Origin: Candidatus Thorarchaeota archaeon
GTDB lineage: Archaea > Asgardarchaeota > Thorarchaeia > Thorarchaeales > Thorarchaeaceae
DNA length: 56,075 bases
Direction of reading: 5' to 3'
NCBI GenBank assembly: GCA_038893995.1
Contig: JAWAQK010000003.1
Location: 24,710-80,784, forward strand
Part shown: positions 7,786 through 17,889 of the stretch, in pieces
Layout of the letters: every line of letters starts with the position of its first letter
How positions within the stretch are numbered: position 1 is the stretch's first letter
The notes under the pieces: generated by a model
Told to the model about the DNA's origin: nothing
Databases searched by the model: none
Seen by the model: the letters and a program-made list of their open reading frames with translations, nothing else
Made by a program: the position numbers and the translations under genes

Positions 7786-10731
7786 TCATGCAGCGGCACG
7801 TAACGGCTCACGACGTATCCTACCATACTTGGTCAGTATTGTTTCGCGGATCCTCATGATGTCCCTGCTGACGATCTCCGCGTAGGGCGCATCCTGTGTG
7901 CTACGTATGAGGTCCTCTAGACGAGACTCCCCAGTGACTGTCATGCGGGCATGGTCGAACCTGACGAACTTGCCTCTCTGAAGATGGATCATGTGGTGGC
8001 CGACCTGCGACTCGTGGTAGCTGAAGTCGACTCCCTGCCTGAGTATCTCGAGTAGCTCGTCAACCTGTACGGACTCGTCGGGGTGCATCAGTATGGCCGC
8101 AGCAACATCGTACAACAACCTCTGATTGTTGCCGAGGTAGGGCTTCGGTCTTGGTCGGGCTGGTTCCTCAATCCTGCTTGAGTTGTACCTGTAGAATACG
8201 ACCTTCACCAGCTCCACCAGTGCGATGTACACAACGAGAATGCCTGCTAGGATGAGATACAGCACAAGAGGGGGTGGGGTGAATCCGAACAGTTCTCCGG
8301 CCGGCGTCAGGGGCAACAACCATCCAAGCGTGACTACAGAGATGCAGCCTATCAGGAGGCCCCTACTTGGACGATTCTTCCAGAATGGTGCTGCCCTTGT
8401 CCGAATGGAGAATATCACGAGCGTCTGGGTGCTGAGTGACTCGAGAAACCACGCGGTCTGGAAGAACGATGCGCTGGCCTGGAAGAGCATTATCATGATG
8501 AAGAAGGTCAAGAAGTCGAAGAGACTGCTCACTGGGCCCAGAGACACCATGAAGTTCCTGACAAAGACAATGTCCCACTTCTTTGGCCTCATGACGTACT
8601 CCTTGTCAACGTCGTCTGTGCTGATGGTACCCTGACTCACGTCATATAGCAGGTTGTTGAGGAGTATCTGAGTCGCTGTCATGGGCAGGAAGGGAAGAAA
8701 GAGACTGGCACCAGCGACACTGAACATGTTTCCGAAGTTACTGCTGGTCCCCATCATCACGTACTTCATGGTATTCCCGAAGACCTTCCTCCCCTCGATG
8801 ACGCCTTTCTGAAGTATCGTGAGGTCACTCTCGAGCAGGATGATGTCTGCAGACTCCTTCGCAACATCGACTGCATTATCTACGCTGATCCCGACATCAG
8901 CTGCACGGAGGCTTGGAGCATCATTGATACCATCGCCGAGGTAGCCTACGACGTACCCGTCCCTCCTGAGTACGGAGATGATCCGTTCCTTCTGTGCGGG
9001 AGAGACTCGTGCAAATACATTTGTTGCCCTTGCGGCGACTGTCAGCGCCTCGTCCGTCATATTGGCAATCTCGCTGCCCAGAAGAACGCCAGTCACCTTC
9101 ATCCCCACTGCCTCACAGACCTTCTGAGTCACGACCTCATTGTCGCCGGTGAGGATCTTCAGCTCCACACCAGCCTCGTTCAACAGTCGGATAGACTCAC
9201 CGGCGCTCTCCTTTGGAGGGTCGAGAAAGGCCACGAAACCCATGAAGACCAGGTCAGACTCATCGTTGATTCCGTAGACTTGTCGATTGGTGTCTACCTC
9301 TCGATATGCCACACCCAGGACCCTGAGGCCCTCCGCGCTGAGCTCGTTGAAGGTGCGTTCGATGGTAGCCCTGTACGACTCTGTGAGTTCGACCACCCTA
9401 CCATCATGCTCACATGATACCGAGACCTTGAGTATCTCCTCCGGAGCACCCTTGACGATGAGGATTCTCGAGTTGTCTCTCTGTACAATGACGCTCACAC
9501 GGCGTCTGACGAAGTCGAATGGTATCTCATCCACCTTGACATAGGCCGAAGCATCGACCTGCTTGAACTCCAGGATGGCCTCGTCCAGTGGGCTCCTGAG
9601 CCCAGTCTGATAGAAACTGTTGACATAACTGAACAGAAGCACTCCATCACTGTTTTTCCCCTCTATGTCCGTGTGCCGGATCAGTCTGATTATGTTCTGG
9701 GTGAGTGTGCCGGTCTTGTCAGTGCAAAGAATGCTGATACTGCCGAAGTTCTGAATGCTTGCCAGACGTTTCACAATGGCCCCCTGCCGGCTCAACGCCA
9801 TTGCCCCTTTGGTGAGGTTGAGGACCGTGACCATTGGTAGTAGCTCGGGGGTCAGACCCACCGCAAGGGCGATGCAGAACAGAAGCGCCTCAAGAATATC
9901 GGCTCGCTTGAACGCGTTGAGCGCAAAGACGACTATCACCAGCAGGAGTGCGGCCTGCATGATGAGGAGACCGAAGCGGTGCAGTCCCTGCTCAAACTCA
10001 GTTGGCGGACGCGACTCCGTCAGCATCTTGGCAATCCCGCCGTACTCGGTGTTCATCCCTGTGGATGTCACGACTGCCATGGCGGTCCCACTGACGACAG
10101 AGGTACCCATGAAGAGGTAGTTTCTCCGACCGGTGATGGACTCGCCAGGTCTCTCGATTGCGAGAGACGTCTTCTCGACGGGATACGACTCGCCCGTCAG
10201 GGCAGACTCGTTGACGAAGAAGTCCTTGGCTGCAATGACTCGGGCATCCGCTGGTATCATGTCCCCAGCAGACAGAGAGATGATGTCTCCTGGGACTAGC
10301 TCAGAGAATCTCAGTTCCCTCTTGGATCCATCCCTGATGACTGTGGCAGTGGCACTGACTCTCTCTCTCAGGAGTCTGGCTGCGTTCTCCGCCTTGGACT
10401 CCTGATAGAACGTGAGGAGCGTACTCAGTACGATGATGACGTATATCATGAGTACACCCTGTGTTTCACCAAGCGCCAGTGATATGGTCCCGGCCGCAAG
10501 AAGTAGCATGATGAGAGGGTTCTTGAAATGGCTGAGATAGCGCAGCAGGACATTCCGCCTCTTTGACGTGACGATCTCGTTTGGGCCGTGTTCCTCGAGA
10601 CGTTTCATTGCCTCTTCTGATGTGAGACCGTGATCGGAACTGCCCAGTCTCTCCAAGACCTGCTCAGGCGTGAAACCTAGGAGCTCCCTGGGAATCTTCC
10701 TCTCACGTCCGGATGTCGTGTTTCTGCGCAT
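7786..10731 (-). CDS. mgtA: Mg2+-translocating P-type ATPase (P3B) with ~130 aa C-terminal extension
   Basis: TGES, LAVGLTPELLP, DKTGTLT phosphorylation site, DEIPFDFVRRR, KGAPEE, TGDN, GDGINDAP, SSNFGNMFS, NNLLYD. Confidence 0.92.
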   Translation of the reverse strand: MRRNTTSGRERKIPRELLGFTPEQVLERLGSSDHGLTSEEAMKRLEEHGPNEIVTSKRRNVLLRYLSHFKNPLIMLLLAAGTISLALGETQGVLMIYVIIVLSTLLTFYQESKAENAARLLRERVSATATVIRDGSKRELRFSELVPGDIISLSAGDMIPADARVIAAKDFFVNESALTGESYPVEKTSLAIERPGESITGRRNYLFMGTSVVSGTAMAVVTSTGMNTEYGGIAKMLTESRPPTEFEQGLHRFGLLIMQAALLLVIVVFALNAFKRADILEALLFCIALAVGLTPELLPMVTVLNLTKGAMALSRQGAIVKRLASIQNFGSISILCTDKTGTLTQNIIRLIRHTDIEGKNSDGVLLFSYVNSFYQTGLRSPLDEAILEFKQVDASAYVKVDEIPFDFVRRRVSVIVQRDNSRILIVKGAPEEILKVSVSCEHDGRVVELTESYRATIERTFNELSAEGLRVLGVAYREVDTNRQVYGINDESDLVFMGFVAFLDPPKESAGESIRLLNEAGVELKILTGDNEVVTQKVCEAVGMKVTGVLLGSEIANMTDEALTVAARATNVFARVSPAQKERIISVLRRDGYVVGYLGDGINDAPSLRAADVGISVDNAVDVAKESADIILLESDLTILQKGVIEGRKVFGNTMKYVMMGTSSNFGNMFSVAGASLFLPFLPMTATQILLNNLLYDVSQGTISTDDVDKEYVMRPKKWDIVFVRNFMVSLGPVSSLFDFLTFFIMIMLFQASASFFQTAWFLESLSTQTLVIFSIRTRAAPFWKNRPSRGLLIGCISVVTLGWLLPLTPAGELFGFTPPPLVLYLILAGILVVYIALVELVKVVFYRYNSSRIEEPARPRPKPYLGNNQRLLYDVAAAILMHPDESVQVDELLEILRQGVDFSYHESQVGHHMIHLQRGKFVRFDHARMTVTGESRLEDLIRSTQDAPYAEIVSRDIMRIRETILTKYGRIRREPLRAAA

Positions 10732-10916
10732 CAGGGCAACCCTCCGACTGCTTCAGACGCCGCCTGATAAAGTTTGGCACCCTAGTGCGCACATAAGGTT
10801 GTGTACAGACACCTAGTAGTATTGGTCTTCCACCGACCTGACCTCGTGTATGCCCTTCTCTGTTTCATTACTTCAGTGCTCCCATCTCTCGAGGGCTCAG
10901 TGCGGTTGCTCTCCAG

Positions 10917-13089
10917 CTACTGAGCCGTGCCGGATGAGATGTACCCCACCAAGAGTCCATCTGAGGAGAGGTATGCATAGAAGTCCCCTCTGCTCGACAA
11001 ACGAAGAGGCCCTATTGCGACGTTCTGGAGGAGACTGCTGAGAGTGAATCCATTCTCCTCGGTCGCAGCGTAGTAAGTCATTGTCCTACGGGCATAGTCG
11101 TACTGAGCAACGACCACTGTTGTCCCGTCCGTCGAGAGAATGGGGTACGAGTAGCGGAGAGTTGTGGTCTGAGTAAGTGATGCAATCTTGGTTGTCTTGC
11201 CGCTCAGGACATCGTAGATCATCACGTCTTGAACGCAGGTGGTATCTCTTCCAAGAATGTACAGGACTCTGTCTCGGCCGCCCCACATTCCATAGAACAC
11301 CGCACCCGAGTCTATCTCCTTGACTGAAGCTCCCTCAAGACTCATGATCCGCACGGTGGAGGACCGACTCACAAGGTAGCATGCACTGGGGGACAGCACA
11401 CTGCCCTCGAATACGGATGCTGATGTCTGCGAAACAACCTGGGTGGCGGACACGACTGGAACAAATGGGCTACCATCGAGGGGCACCTCGACCATTCCCT
11501 CCCAGATCGTCGACCCGTCGCTGGAGTAGAACGCACCCCACACATATAGGTTAGATTCATCGACGGAACCCTGAGCACCGAATCTGAAACCGGCCATTCC
11601 GTGTGTGTTCTCATAGAGTCTTTGTGGTGCCATCCGTGAAGTCGACCTGTAGGATCTTGGAGCCACAGTCAGCGATGACTATGGCACCATACTTGTCAGG
11701 CACGAGAAACACATTCGTCACATCACAGACTGGCAGCGGGATTCGGCGGACCGAGCCAGTACTCACGCTATCGGAGTTCAGGACAATGAGTTCTCTGTGC
11801 CGACCCTCACTATGAAGGGCCGCAGTCCTGGTTCTCTGGAGCAGTACGACAGAACCCTCGTCGGTCACACAGACCAGTTGTGCGCCGTCAATTCCCATTG
11901 AAACGAGTGTCTGATGAGCCAGACTGAAGCCAGATAGGCCAGTGCCTGGTCCTGCACCAAGAGCCGGTGCTGCATAGGCACTGAGTGTAGGAATCTGGGG
12001 ATTGATTGCATCGGATCTGCGGAGGACGCGGATCGAATTCGGGTACCAGTCCCATACACTGTGGACCATGTTGTTCATGATCATGGTCGACCTATAGGAC
12101 TTGTGACCAAGTGAGATGCTAGTTACTCCGAGAGAGGACGCTGATGACACCTCGGACGGACTTGTGACTGCATTCTGGTCGGCGTCTCGCCATACATAGA
12201 GACCATCGAGTTCCTGACCCTCTATCACTCCATTACTGTCAAGGTCCCTGCTTCGAAGTTTCTCATATCCGTCGGGCCATCCATCGGAGTCGCCAAAGAG
12301 GTTCTTACCTGACAATGAGGTGTCCTGCATCGGCAGTACGTTGATCAACAGCCCATCGTTTGGACCAACCCACTCCATGATGTCCCGCAGGCCATCGCCA
12401 TCAATATCAAACATCTTGATATTGGAAGACCAGATATCAGGATGAGGTAACCATTGTCCGTTGGATGCCTGAAGGATTCCATCACCATCGAGATCGAGGA
12501 CAATGGGTGGAACGGAGTTGAAGCTGCTTATCAGGTAAGACTCTTCAGTATCCTGACTCAGCCCGTACCTTAAGCTGGCACCCTCCAACACACCAAGCTC
12601 TCTCCCCGGACGGTTATAGTTATAGAGCCCGAGGTCTATCCTGGTCCCTGCGCTGGACAGACTGACTCCCTGCGACGATAGAGAGGGGAACAGCGAGGAC
12701 TGAATGTCAACTCCGATGTGATTGACTGTGTCGTGCAAGACCTCAGTAAACAGATTCTCGGCCGCATGAGGGTTGGACAGCAGGAAGCGAGCAACCTCAT
12801 AGACTACCCCGCGGTCCAGTCCTGCCAAAGCTCTGGCATGCTGGGGGAGCGAGTAGTTGAACAGTAGGGCGACTAGGAGTCCTTCGCGTGCTATCTGCAT
12901 GTCACTCCCACCAAATAGGGCGCTGATATCCCATTCAACTGGACCGGGATTCATGAAAACGACAAGCCCTGCTGAAACAACAACTGCCACCACAATTCCT
13001 ACGGCTAGGCAATGATGCCTAACGTGCATCCTGCTTCTGTACGAATACCTTGAGAAAAAGGTTTCCCAGACTCTGCTCGTCAACGACAA
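10917..13089 (-). pseudogene. Frameshifted membrane-anchored secreted protein: N-terminal TM, FrpC SPM-like Ca-binding domain, beta-propeller-like C-terminus (ORFs 11611-13089 and 10917-11666)
   Basis: Upstream ORF ends ...FTDGTTKTL* and the +1 frame continues LYENTHGMAGFRFG with the same beta-rich composition. Contains PIVLDLDGDG, FDIDGDG, WVGPNDGLL, LFGD, DLDSNGVIEG and VWRDADQN. Confidence 0.7.
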
Positions 13090-13372
13090 CCGACGCGCGC
13101 GCCTCTTACGATCCTACCTTATGTCCGGGGTAGGAAGATGCTGTGTTCTTGGCGCGATCATGTGACTATCGTGAGAACGCAAGTATCTAATACTCAGAGA
13201 CCACAACTATTGACCCAGGGTAATGGATCATATGGCCCTGATCTCAAGGAAACAACAAGGCTCAATCCTCATCCCTACGTTCGGGCAGAATGGCGCCTTG
13301 ACCGTTTCAGTTTCGACAAAGGCGTAAGTGCAGGGCCATAGTGAAAGCTCCCTAGACCTCGTGGGATGGAGT

Positions 13373-14911
13373 ATGGCTGATTCAGTTGCAGTATTCTGGG
13401 ACATTGAGAACTGTCCGCCACCCCGGGGAATGAGTGGCATGATGATTGAGAAGCAACTCCGCGAATCACTCAGTATCTTCGGGCCCATCCGACAGATTCA
13501 CGCTTATGCGGAGCTCGCGAAGTTTCCAACGAACCTCAGGACTGAGCTTCAGCGCTCTGGCATTCACCTCATAGATACGCCTCACGGTTCATCAGGCAAG
13601 GACGCAGCCGACAAGATGATCATCACTGACATGTTCATTCTGGCAATGGATAGTCAGAAGGAACTCACGTATGTTCTGATTGCGGGCGATATTGACTACT
13701 CATACCCACTTGCGAAACTGAAGCAGAGAAGACACCAGGTTGTCTTGGTTGTACCGCCTGTGGGGGCCAACCCAATTCTGAAGGAGCGGGCTGACAAGAT
13801 CCTCGAGTGGACTGCAATAATGGCTGTCAGAAATGCTACAGCACAGGATGAATCGCTACGGTTTGAAACACTACTCTCTGCGCTGGGGGAACTGAGTCAG
13901 AAGGGTCAGACACTGCCATCGCTCACCGAGTTGGAGTCATACCTGGACGCTAAGTATCCAACGTGGAGAGAGACCTCGGGATACAAGAGTATCAAGCAGT
14001 ATGTGAGCGATGCAGAGGAGGGCGGTTGGGTAGGTACAACAATGCAGGAGAAGGAGATCCGCGTCTTCATAGTGGAGGACGAGGAAGAAGAGAAAGAGGA
14101 TGTCGAGAAGAGTGTTGAGGAGGACCGGTTCGGTCCACTGGTCACAGTACTTGAGGAGGCAAGGATGGAGGGAAAGAACGAGGTCGAACTCGCGAACCTT
14201 GGTATCAAGCTCAGGAGTCTTCTCATTGACCCTCTGGAGAGGCTAGGAGTAAAGAAGCTAAAGGACTACGTCCTCGAGGCAGAGAAACAAGGCGTAGTAA
14301 AGGTCCGACAGGATGGACTGCAATACTACGTATCGCTGGCAGGACCTGAGCAACATGGACCCTCTGGGCGCGACGAGGTAGACGCGATCCTGGACCTGAT
14401 GGAGAAGGCATTGAATGAACTGAGGGCAGAGGAGATAATGCCGACGGCAAGAACACTCATTGGCAGGATGAGAGAGCTGGTACCAGGGTGGAACCTGTAC
14501 GATTCTGCTGTCGGTGATATCCCTGCACTGCTGAAGGCCGCGAAAGAACGCAGAGAGATGACAGTGGAGAGATACGGGAATCAGTACCTCGTGTTTCCAA
14601 AATCGGGACGCTTCAAGTATCACGACCCCAACGATGACAGTGATCCATTCTCAACCGATCAGTGGAAGGTGCTCGCAAGGTACCTCGTCGAGAACAGGAC
14701 CATCACGGCGAGGGGCAGATACGGGTTTGCAAAGAGGCTGAAGAACTCGGTACCAGGGATCAGCAAGATGAGTATGGGTGCACTGATCCACATGGTTCAG
14801 CTGGCAGTCAAGCGGGGATGGCTTGAGTTTCGTGGTACGACAGTCGGTGTACACCCCATGCTGGACCGACAGGTACCGGAAGAAGAACTCAGTCCTGAAT
14901 CTCCGAAGTAG
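13373..14911 (+). CDS. NYN-domain (LabA/limkain-type) ribonuclease with three OST-HTH/LOTUS-like domains and a C-terminal OHA-like domain
   Basis: VFWDIENCP, GKDAADKMIITDM, LIAGDIDYS (acidic PIN-like site). LOTUS-like repeats GYKSIKQYV, LGVKKLKDYV, VGDIPALL. C-terminal DP..QW..GRYGFAKRLK..MSMGALIHMVQLAVKRGWL. Start moved to ATG 13373. Confidence 0.85.
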   Translation: MADSVAVFWDIENCPPPRGMSGMMIEKQLRESLSIFGPIRQIHAYAELAKFPTNLRTELQRSGIHLIDTPHGSSGKDAADKMIITDMFILAMDSQKELTYVLIAGDIDYSYPLAKLKQRRHQVVLVVPPVGANPILKERADKILEWTAIMAVRNATAQDESLRFETLLSALGELSQKGQTLPSLTELESYLDAKYPTWRETSGYKSIKQYVSDAEEGGWVGTTMQEKEIRVFIVEDEEEEKEDVEKSVEEDRFGPLVTVLEEARMEGKNEVELANLGIKLRSLLIDPLERLGVKKLKDYVLEAEKQGVVKVRQDGLQYYVSLAGPEQHGPSGRDEVDAILDLMEKALNELRAEEIMPTARTLIGRMRELVPGWNLYDSAVGDIPALLKAAKERREMTVERYGNQYLVFPKSGRFKYHDPNDDSDPFSTDQWKVLARYLVENRTITARGRYGFAKRLKNSVPGISKMSMGALIHMVQLAVKRGWLEFRGTTVGVHPMLDRQVPEEELSPESPK

Positions 14912-15189
14912 GAACGCCAGACTGATGAGACATCGTGGGTCACATCCCGGACTACAGGTGGTGCATTGACGCAGAAGCGGCTTGACCGTTCGGGTCACCT
15001 AGTCATCCTGGTCGGGCTCGCCGCGTCTCGTCCTCTGACTGAGATTGACGGCGCTGCTCATTGTACGCTGCAAGCGACACCTCCGAGACGTTGATGGTCA
15101 GGGTCCGTCCACAGGACAAGAGTAGGACTCCTACGGACGATGCCCCATACGCCTACTTTATACAGTAGCCTCTGTCCCGCCACTTCCGA

Positions 15190-16128
15190 GTGAGGTCAGT
15201 GGCCACACGAAACGCAAGGTACTACATCATGATGCTGGTCACCACGTTTCTCTGGGGTGGCTCGTGGGTCTCGGGCGACCTGATTGTCGAACTGGCACCA
15301 CCGATGGCGATCGGATTCTTGCGGTTTATGGTGGCACTGATCCCATTTCTGGTCCTACTACGAGTCTATCAACACGGCCTACGCAGGATCCTCGCAAGAG
15401 AACACCTGCCAGTCGTGCTCGCCACAGCGATCACAGGGATACTGGGATACGGAGTTTTCTTCCTCATCGGAATGCACTACACTACGTCCGCCCAGGGCTC
15501 CATCATCGCAGGCCTAAACCCCACCACGATCACGATCTTCTCCTACATCATCAACCGAGAGAGACTCGAGAGAAGATGGCAGTACCTGGGACTGCTGCTC
15601 AGTTTCATCGGGGTGGTATTCGTGATTGGAGTGCAGGCTCTGTTCGAATTCAGACTCGACTATCTGGTGGGCAACCTACTCATAGTGTTGGCGATGGTAA
15701 ACTGGGGGATGTACTCAGCACTCGGAAAGCGTGCGATGAGAAGCCTGTCTTCAGCAGAAATGACGACAGGTAGCATCCTCTTCGGGACGTTGATGTTCGG
15801 TGTTGCTTCAGTAAACGACTGGAACGATACAGTGTTTCTCTACAGTGGCGAATTCTGGTTCCATATCTTCTTTCTGGGAATACTTGTCACATTTGTGGGG
15901 TACATACTGTTCTTCGAGTCCGTGAAGAACCTGGGAGGCACCCGGACAGGAGTGTTCATCAATCTGGTCCCGGTCTTCGGAGTACTCCTGTCAGTGATGA
16001 TACTCGGGGAGGAGCTACCCTGGACCTTCGTCACAGGTCTGATCCTCATACTGGCAGGCATAAGTGTGATAAACGCCCCAGTGAGCCGGGGTGGGCCAGA
16101 GGCTCTCGCTGGACAGAAGACATCATGA
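15190..16128 (+). CDS. DMT superfamily (EamA) transporter
   Basis: About 10 TM, two EamA repeats, LWGGSW, FLRF, NLVPVFGVLLS..ILGE. Confidence 0.9.
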   Translation: MRSVATRNARYYIMMLVTTFLWGGSWVSGDLIVELAPPMAIGFLRFMVALIPFLVLLRVYQHGLRRILAREHLPVVLATAITGILGYGVFFLIGMHYTTSAQGSIIAGLNPTTITIFSYIINRERLERRWQYLGLLLSFIGVVFVIGVQALFEFRLDYLVGNLLIVLAMVNWGMYSALGKRAMRSLSSAEMTTGSILFGTLMFGVASVNDWNDTVFLYSGEFWFHIFFLGILVTFVGYILFFESVKNLGGTRTGVFINLVPVFGVLLSVMILGEELPWTFVTGLILILAGISVINAPVSRGGPEALAGQKTS

Positions 16129-16141
16129 ACCAGGAGAACAG

Positions 16142-16696
16142 TCACCCTGCATCACGGCGGTGGAGTGGAGGATGTCTAACGAAGAGTATCTTGGCGACCC
16201 TCTCAAACAGGCTCCTGACATTCTCACCAGTCTTTGCGCTTGTCTCCACATATGGCCATCCGATCCGATCTGCAAAGATGAGCGCATCTTCTCTGGAAAC
16301 AGCCCTTGAGTCTCCCATGTCGATCTTGTTCCCAACGACGAAGCCTGTGATCTCTCTGCCCTCGATAGTCTTCACGGTGCCAACAAGTCCGGAGTACCAC
16401 ATTGACAGTCTCTCGAATGACTCGGGCCTGGTGACATCGAAGACCAGCAACGCAGCGTGTGAGCCCTTGTAGTACTGCGTACGAAGGGCGGTGAAGTCTT
16501 CCTGACCACCTAGGTCGATCGCCGTGATGATTACAGGTGTGTTCTCGTCGATGTTGACCGCGACTGCACTGAGGTCGACCCCGACGGTCGCACAGTAGGT
16601 CTCGTCAAACTCATCTAGCAGCACTCTTCTTATGAGAGAGGACTTTCCCACACTGGGATCGCCGACCAGTATGACCTTGTATGCTGGAACGCCCAA
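16142..16696 (-). CDS. Rab-like small GTPase
   Basis: G1 GDPSVGKSS, G2 ATVGVD, G3 DLGGQ, RabF-like LRTQYYKGS and LVFDVT, G4 NKID, G5 ETSAK. No C-terminal prenylation Cys. Confidence 0.92.
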   Translation of the reverse strand: MGVPAYKVILVGDPSVGKSSLIRRVLLDEFDETYCATVGVDLSAVAVNIDENTPVIITAIDLGGQEDFTALRTQYYKGSHAALLVFDVTRPESFERLSMWYSGLVGTVKTIEGREITGFVVGNKIDMGDSRAVSREDALIFADRIGWPYVETSAKTGENVRSLFERVAKILFVRHPPLHRRDAG

Positions 16697-16769
16697 CTGT
16701 CAGCCCACACACTAGAAATGCACGACCCGTTAAGAACTTCAGTAAGACAAGAGACATCTCGCAGAGAAG

Positions 16770-17660
16770 ATGTTCAACATGCCAAGTTACGAGGGCACCA
16801 TCTGGAGACCACCCAGCGAGGCAGATAGCCTCATCCTGCAGGCGACCATAGGATGTTCTCACAATGCATGTTCATTCTGCGTGTCCTACAAGAGCAAGCG
16901 ATTCCGTGTGAGAGGGGTAGAGGGGATCAGGTCAGACCTAGAGGGGGTCCCCAACATACTGAAGCAGAACGCCACCAGAGTATTTCTTGCTGATGGCGAC
17001 GCACTGTCAATTGACACTGTAGAACTGGTGAGCATCCTCCGTCTCCTGCGACAGCATCTCCCCAGTCTTCAGCGTGTGGGACTCTATGCCTATGCCAAGA
17101 ACCTCAGGAACAAGTCAGTCGATGATCTGGTCAGACTGAGGGAGGAGGGCCTGGGCATAGTCTACTTTGGTCTCGAGTCGGGCGACGATGATGTCTTGCG
17201 AGGCATGAGGAAGGGAGTCTCGGCAGAAGAAAACATTGAGGCATGCCTGAAAATCAAGCGGGCGGGAATACCCCTCTCAGTCACCATCATCATCGGACTG
17301 GCAGGCGTCGAGGGCTCAACGAGGCATGCGCAACTCACGGCAGAGGCCCTAAACAGGATCGATCCCGAATACACAGGTGCACTGACTCTGATGCTCCCGC
17401 GGGGCACTGAGGTGTATGAGCGCATGAGTAGAGGTGATTTCAAGCCTCTCACTCCGCTGGACACTCTGAGAGAGCTGAGGACACTGGTGGAGGGGCTGAA
17501 GTTGACCGAGTGCGTGTTCAGGACTAATCATGCATCGAACTACCTACCACTGAGAGGGACACTGAACAGGGACAGACAGGCCATCCTCGAGTTGCTCGAC
17601 TCGGCGATAGCTGGTGATAGCCGTCTCGTGTTGAGACCCGAACCCTTGCGCGGGCTATAG
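16770..17660 (+). CDS. Radical SAM protein
   Basis: RPPSEA.SLILQATIGCSHNACSFC (CxxxCxxC), FLADGDAL, GLESG, FRTNHASNYLPL. Confidence 0.9.
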   Translation: MFNMPSYEGTIWRPPSEADSLILQATIGCSHNACSFCVSYKSKRFRVRGVEGIRSDLEGVPNILKQNATRVFLADGDALSIDTVELVSILRLLRQHLPSLQRVGLYAYAKNLRNKSVDDLVRLREEGLGIVYFGLESGDDDVLRGMRKGVSAEENIEACLKIKRAGIPLSVTIIIGLAGVEGSTRHAQLTAEALNRIDPEYTGALTLMLPRGTEVYERMSRGDFKPLTPLDTLRELRTLVEGLKLTECVFRTNHASNYLPLRGTLNRDRQAILELLDSAIAGDSRLVLRPEPLRGL

Positions 17661-17889
17661 TGGCGTGGATGTGAGTAGTACCGGTCTCACTTCACGAATC
17701 TGTGCGACCCCACTCGGAAAGTAGCGTACCGACCGCAGGTCCGTCCCTCGAACTTACCTGACATGAAACATATTCGCCCCCGCCCGGCTTGCAGAGCGCA
17801 GGGCTCCCGTGCACTAGCAGGCCGGAGGCAACGAACGATGGGTCTCTACACCAGGAGAGTCGACTCTACTGCTCCGGACTGTGACACTG

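Noticed and set aside
7278-7859. Short ORFs between cmr3 and mgtA as CRISPR ancillary genes
   Set aside because: They overlap each other, show no CARF/HEPN/Cas6 motifs and have no convincing RBS.
11558-11613. Possible selenocysteine or other readthrough of the TGA ending ORF 11611-13089
   Set aside because: The same frame hits another TGA after 17 codons. The coding continuation is in the +1 frame, so this is a frameshift.
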